Of a DNA stretch of 64,000 nt, positions 61,754-64,000 are shown piece after piece. Under the pieces are notes generated by a model. The model saw only the letters and a program-made list of their open reading frames with translations, ran no database searches and was not told the origin of the DNA. Location: contig CAVZSQ010000019.1 of the NCBI GenBank assembly GCA_963777955.1, positions 1-64,000 on the forward strand. Reading direction: 5' to 3'. Position 1 is the stretch's first letter; every line of letters starts with the position of its first letter. This DNA comes from Calditrichia bacterium (lineage in GTDB: Bacteria > Calditrichota > Calditrichia > JAJRVZ01). Position numbers and translations under genes: made by a program.

Positions 61754-62809
61754 TTAGAACGACCTTTGATAAATTTCAAATTGTAGTTTTTGTTCAAAAG
61801 GACCTTTTCCTCTTGGTATATCCCCATCAACCTGGATACCTCTTAAATTGAAATCCTCAAATCCTTTTCCGGAGTAACTGGCTGAAAACGTGGCCGAAGC
61901 CCCGGGGGAAAAATCCCGGAACTCGTCTACCACAATTTTGACCGCATCTGCTGTGTGCGGTTGGATTATGTTGCCATCATAATAAGTAATGAGCAGTCTG
62001 AAGGCAGTTGTCGGTTCTGATTGTTTGTCGGCCCACAAACTAAAATTGACCAGAACTGTCTGATCCTGCCCTTTAAAATTTTTAAATACAATCGTATCGG
62101 CGCTGAAGTCAATTTTACGGGTAAAGGTCACATTATCTTGCGCCAATTCAGTTTGTTGCCATTGCTGCGCACTCGACTTGAAGGTCTGGTTGTGCAGATG
62201 GAGCGGCCTGGTGGCAAAGTCCGCAAATGCCTGCAGATTGGCAACATGCTTGTTATCCGGATAATAAGCGGCAAATTTATTAGCCTCTTCATCGACGTTC
62301 CAGGAATAACCCCATTTAATGTAATAATAGAAAGCTTCTTCCTTTAATTCTTCACTGATACTCTTATCTTCACTGTCGATATATTTCTTAAGGATAGCTT
62401 CACATTCCGAAAATTTACCCCTGTCATTCAGCGATTTGGCATAACGCATCTCTTTGTCGCTGATGTTTTCTTCCTCTTCCAGAATTTTAATTTTTCCGCT
62501 GAGTACGACCTGGTAGGTGCCATCCTGAACATAGCCCACGTCGATCAGTTGAAATCCTGGCAGTAATACCGTAGCCGCCTGGCTTTCCACCAGATCCTGG
62601 ATCACCTGGAAATTTTCCACGGTCGTTTTGGATTCGATACGGATGCCTGCTTTTTCACAGGCCTGCTTTTTAGCATCGACAAGGGCCTCCAGCCGGTCCT
62701 GCTGGGCGCCGTCATTCTGTTGATTGCTGATTCCTTTGACAGTGATTTCGATTACATTCTGGGCATAAAGCCCTATAGACATGAAAAGTATAATTATTGC
62801 AGTTTTCAT
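61754..62809 (-). CDS. Secreted hypothetical protein with FlgT-N/LPP20-like N-terminus and TPR-like segment
   Basis: Signal peptide; EALVDAKKQACEKAGIRIESKTTVEN pattern. Confidence 0.55.
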   Translation of the reverse strand: MKTAIIILFMSIGLYAQNVIEITVKGISNQQNDGAQQDRLEALVDAKKQACEKAGIRIESKTTVENFQVIQDLVESQAATVLLPGFQLIDVGYVQDGTYQVVLSGKIKILEEEENISDKEMRYAKSLNDRGKFSECEAILKKYIDSEDKSISEELKEEAFYYYIKWGYSWNVDEEANKFAAYYPDNKHVANLQAFADFATRPLHLHNQTFKSSAQQWQQTELAQDNVTFTRKIDFSADTIVFKNFKGQDQTVLVNFSLWADKQSEPTTAFRLLITYYDGNIIQPHTADAVKIVVDEFRDFSPGASATFSASYSGKGFEDFNLRGIQVDGDIPRGKGPFEQKLQFEIYQRSF

Positions 62810-62929
62810 CCCCGACTCCTCTTGTGGTTATATCTGCAAATGAACTGTTAACTGCTGATAAATTTTAAGCCAAATTAATCATATTAATGTAATTTTTCAC
62901 CAATTCTCAGTATGTTTTTATCAGGATCT

Positions 62930-63433
62930 TTAACATAAATCAATATAAGCACAGTCGATCAGCTGCTCTGACTGAATTCCCAGTTGTGCCATAAGTTTGC
63001 GGGCAACCTCCACACCTGCCTGTGCAGATTCACCTTCAGCGAGAACAACTTCCAGTTCTATAAAATCTCCCAGTCCCTGAATGCGGTCCAGATGCACCCT
63101 GGTTCGATCGATGAGATAAAGTGTACGGTGCTTACGCAGGCGTCCCAGTTGACCGCAGGCTGCAGTCAAAGTATCCCGCAACGAAGCGGTCTGGGCAACG
63201 GGTGTACGCAGATAGAACGACTCTTTCGGTCCGGGCTGATCCGCGCGTTGATAGAAAATAAGTTCGCCCGATTTATTGGTGAATTCACGCAACTTCAATC
63301 TGCCATTTTCACAGCGAAAGAAGGTATCATCCTGTTCAATTTCGATGGGGTCGCCGGAAGTAAGCGCCGCTACTTTGGGCACCAGCTTATCAATACTTTT
63401 AATACGGGCTTTGATTTCAATATTCCGGGCCAT
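62930..63433 (-). CDS. CYTH-domain protein (class IV adenylate cyclase-like)
   Basis: NIEIKAR, QDDTFF..GRLKLR, RVHLD..GLGDFIELEV. Confidence 0.92.
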   Translation of the reverse strand: MARNIEIKARIKSIDKLVPKVAALTSGDPIEIEQDDTFFRCENGRLKLREFTNKSGELIFYQRADQPGPKESFYLRTPVAQTASLRDTLTAACGQLGRLRKHRTLYLIDRTRVHLDRIQGLGDFIELEVVLAEGESAQAGVEVARKLMAQLGIQSEQLIDCAYIDLC

Positions 63434-63481
63434 TTTTTACTTACCTCTCACCGTACCTGGCTGGTGAACGTTTAGCGCCTG

Positions 63482-64000
63482 TCAATCTTTTGAAAGTTGT
63501 TTTTTTATTTCTTTATATTTTTCTTGTGAAGCCTTGAAATTCGGATCGATTTTTAACGCTGCTTCATATTCCGACAGCGCCTCATTAAGTTTTCCGGCTG
63601 CCCGGAAACCATCCCCTAGACTATCATGGGCATTTGCATCAACAGGGGCCAGGTGTACCTGTTTTTGGAACATAGCTATGGCTTTGTCATATTTATTCTG
63701 TTTTAACAGGAAATAGCCGTAGTTATTATAAAACTGGTAATTATCCGTGGAATCATCGAATGAATTTTCAAATATTTCATATTCTTTTCCGGCCTGGTCC
63801 AATTTATTTTCCTTTTCATAAATCTGGATCAGCAGCAGGCGGCCCTGTTTCTCATCGAGTTTAAGCAGTACGGCGGATTCATTTTTTGCTTTCTTTATAT
63901 CTCCCCCTCCCAGAGCCGGTGCCTGCAGATAATAATATCCCAGGTAAACATGCCCGCCCACGTGGGTGGAATCAAGTTTGACAGTTTTTTTAAATTCATC
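63482..64000 (-). CDS. TPR-repeat protein, truncated by window edge
   Basis: YNNYGYFLL..KAIAMF..P.DANAHDSLGD..ALKIDPNF; frame is open to the edge. Confidence 0.85.
   Translation of the reverse strand, partial: DEFKKTVKLDSTHVGGHVYLGYYYLQAPALGGGDIKKAKNESAVLLKLDEKQGRLLLIQIYEKENKLDQAGKEYEIFENSFDDSTDNYQFYNNYGYFLLKQNKYDKAIAMFQKQVHLAPVDANAHDSLGDGFRAAGKLNEALSEYEAALKIDPNFKASQEKYKEIKKQLSKD

Overview
Bacterial chromosomal window, mostly housekeeping genes: purU, glgX, an RpoD-like sigma factor, a Lon-like protease, aroE, greA, relA/spoT, dnaB, UDG, aceE, argR, an RND pump, pfkA, mdh, murB-murA and mntH. The gene content suggests a Calditrichota/FCB-like organism (inference only). About 15 genes carry single-base frameshifts, including aceE and aroE, which most likely reflects long-read assembly error. 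The main accessory feature is a ~6 kb islet (about 13.1-19.3 kb) at the 3' end of tRNA-Sec (selC). In it, three toxin-antitoxin pairs alternate with three copies of a DNRLRE-domain/Rhs-core segment, and each copy is interrupted by the same ~64-bp palindrome family. One site holds palindrome-DUF559 nuclease-palindrome ('filled'); the other two hold a lone palindrome ('empty'). A similar filled/empty pattern is seen for a four-helix-bundle gene enclosed by inverted 8-bp tandem arrays. I also found an unannotated stand-alone MshEN-like mini-protein and a sigma-54 promoter with a paired-dyad enhancer.
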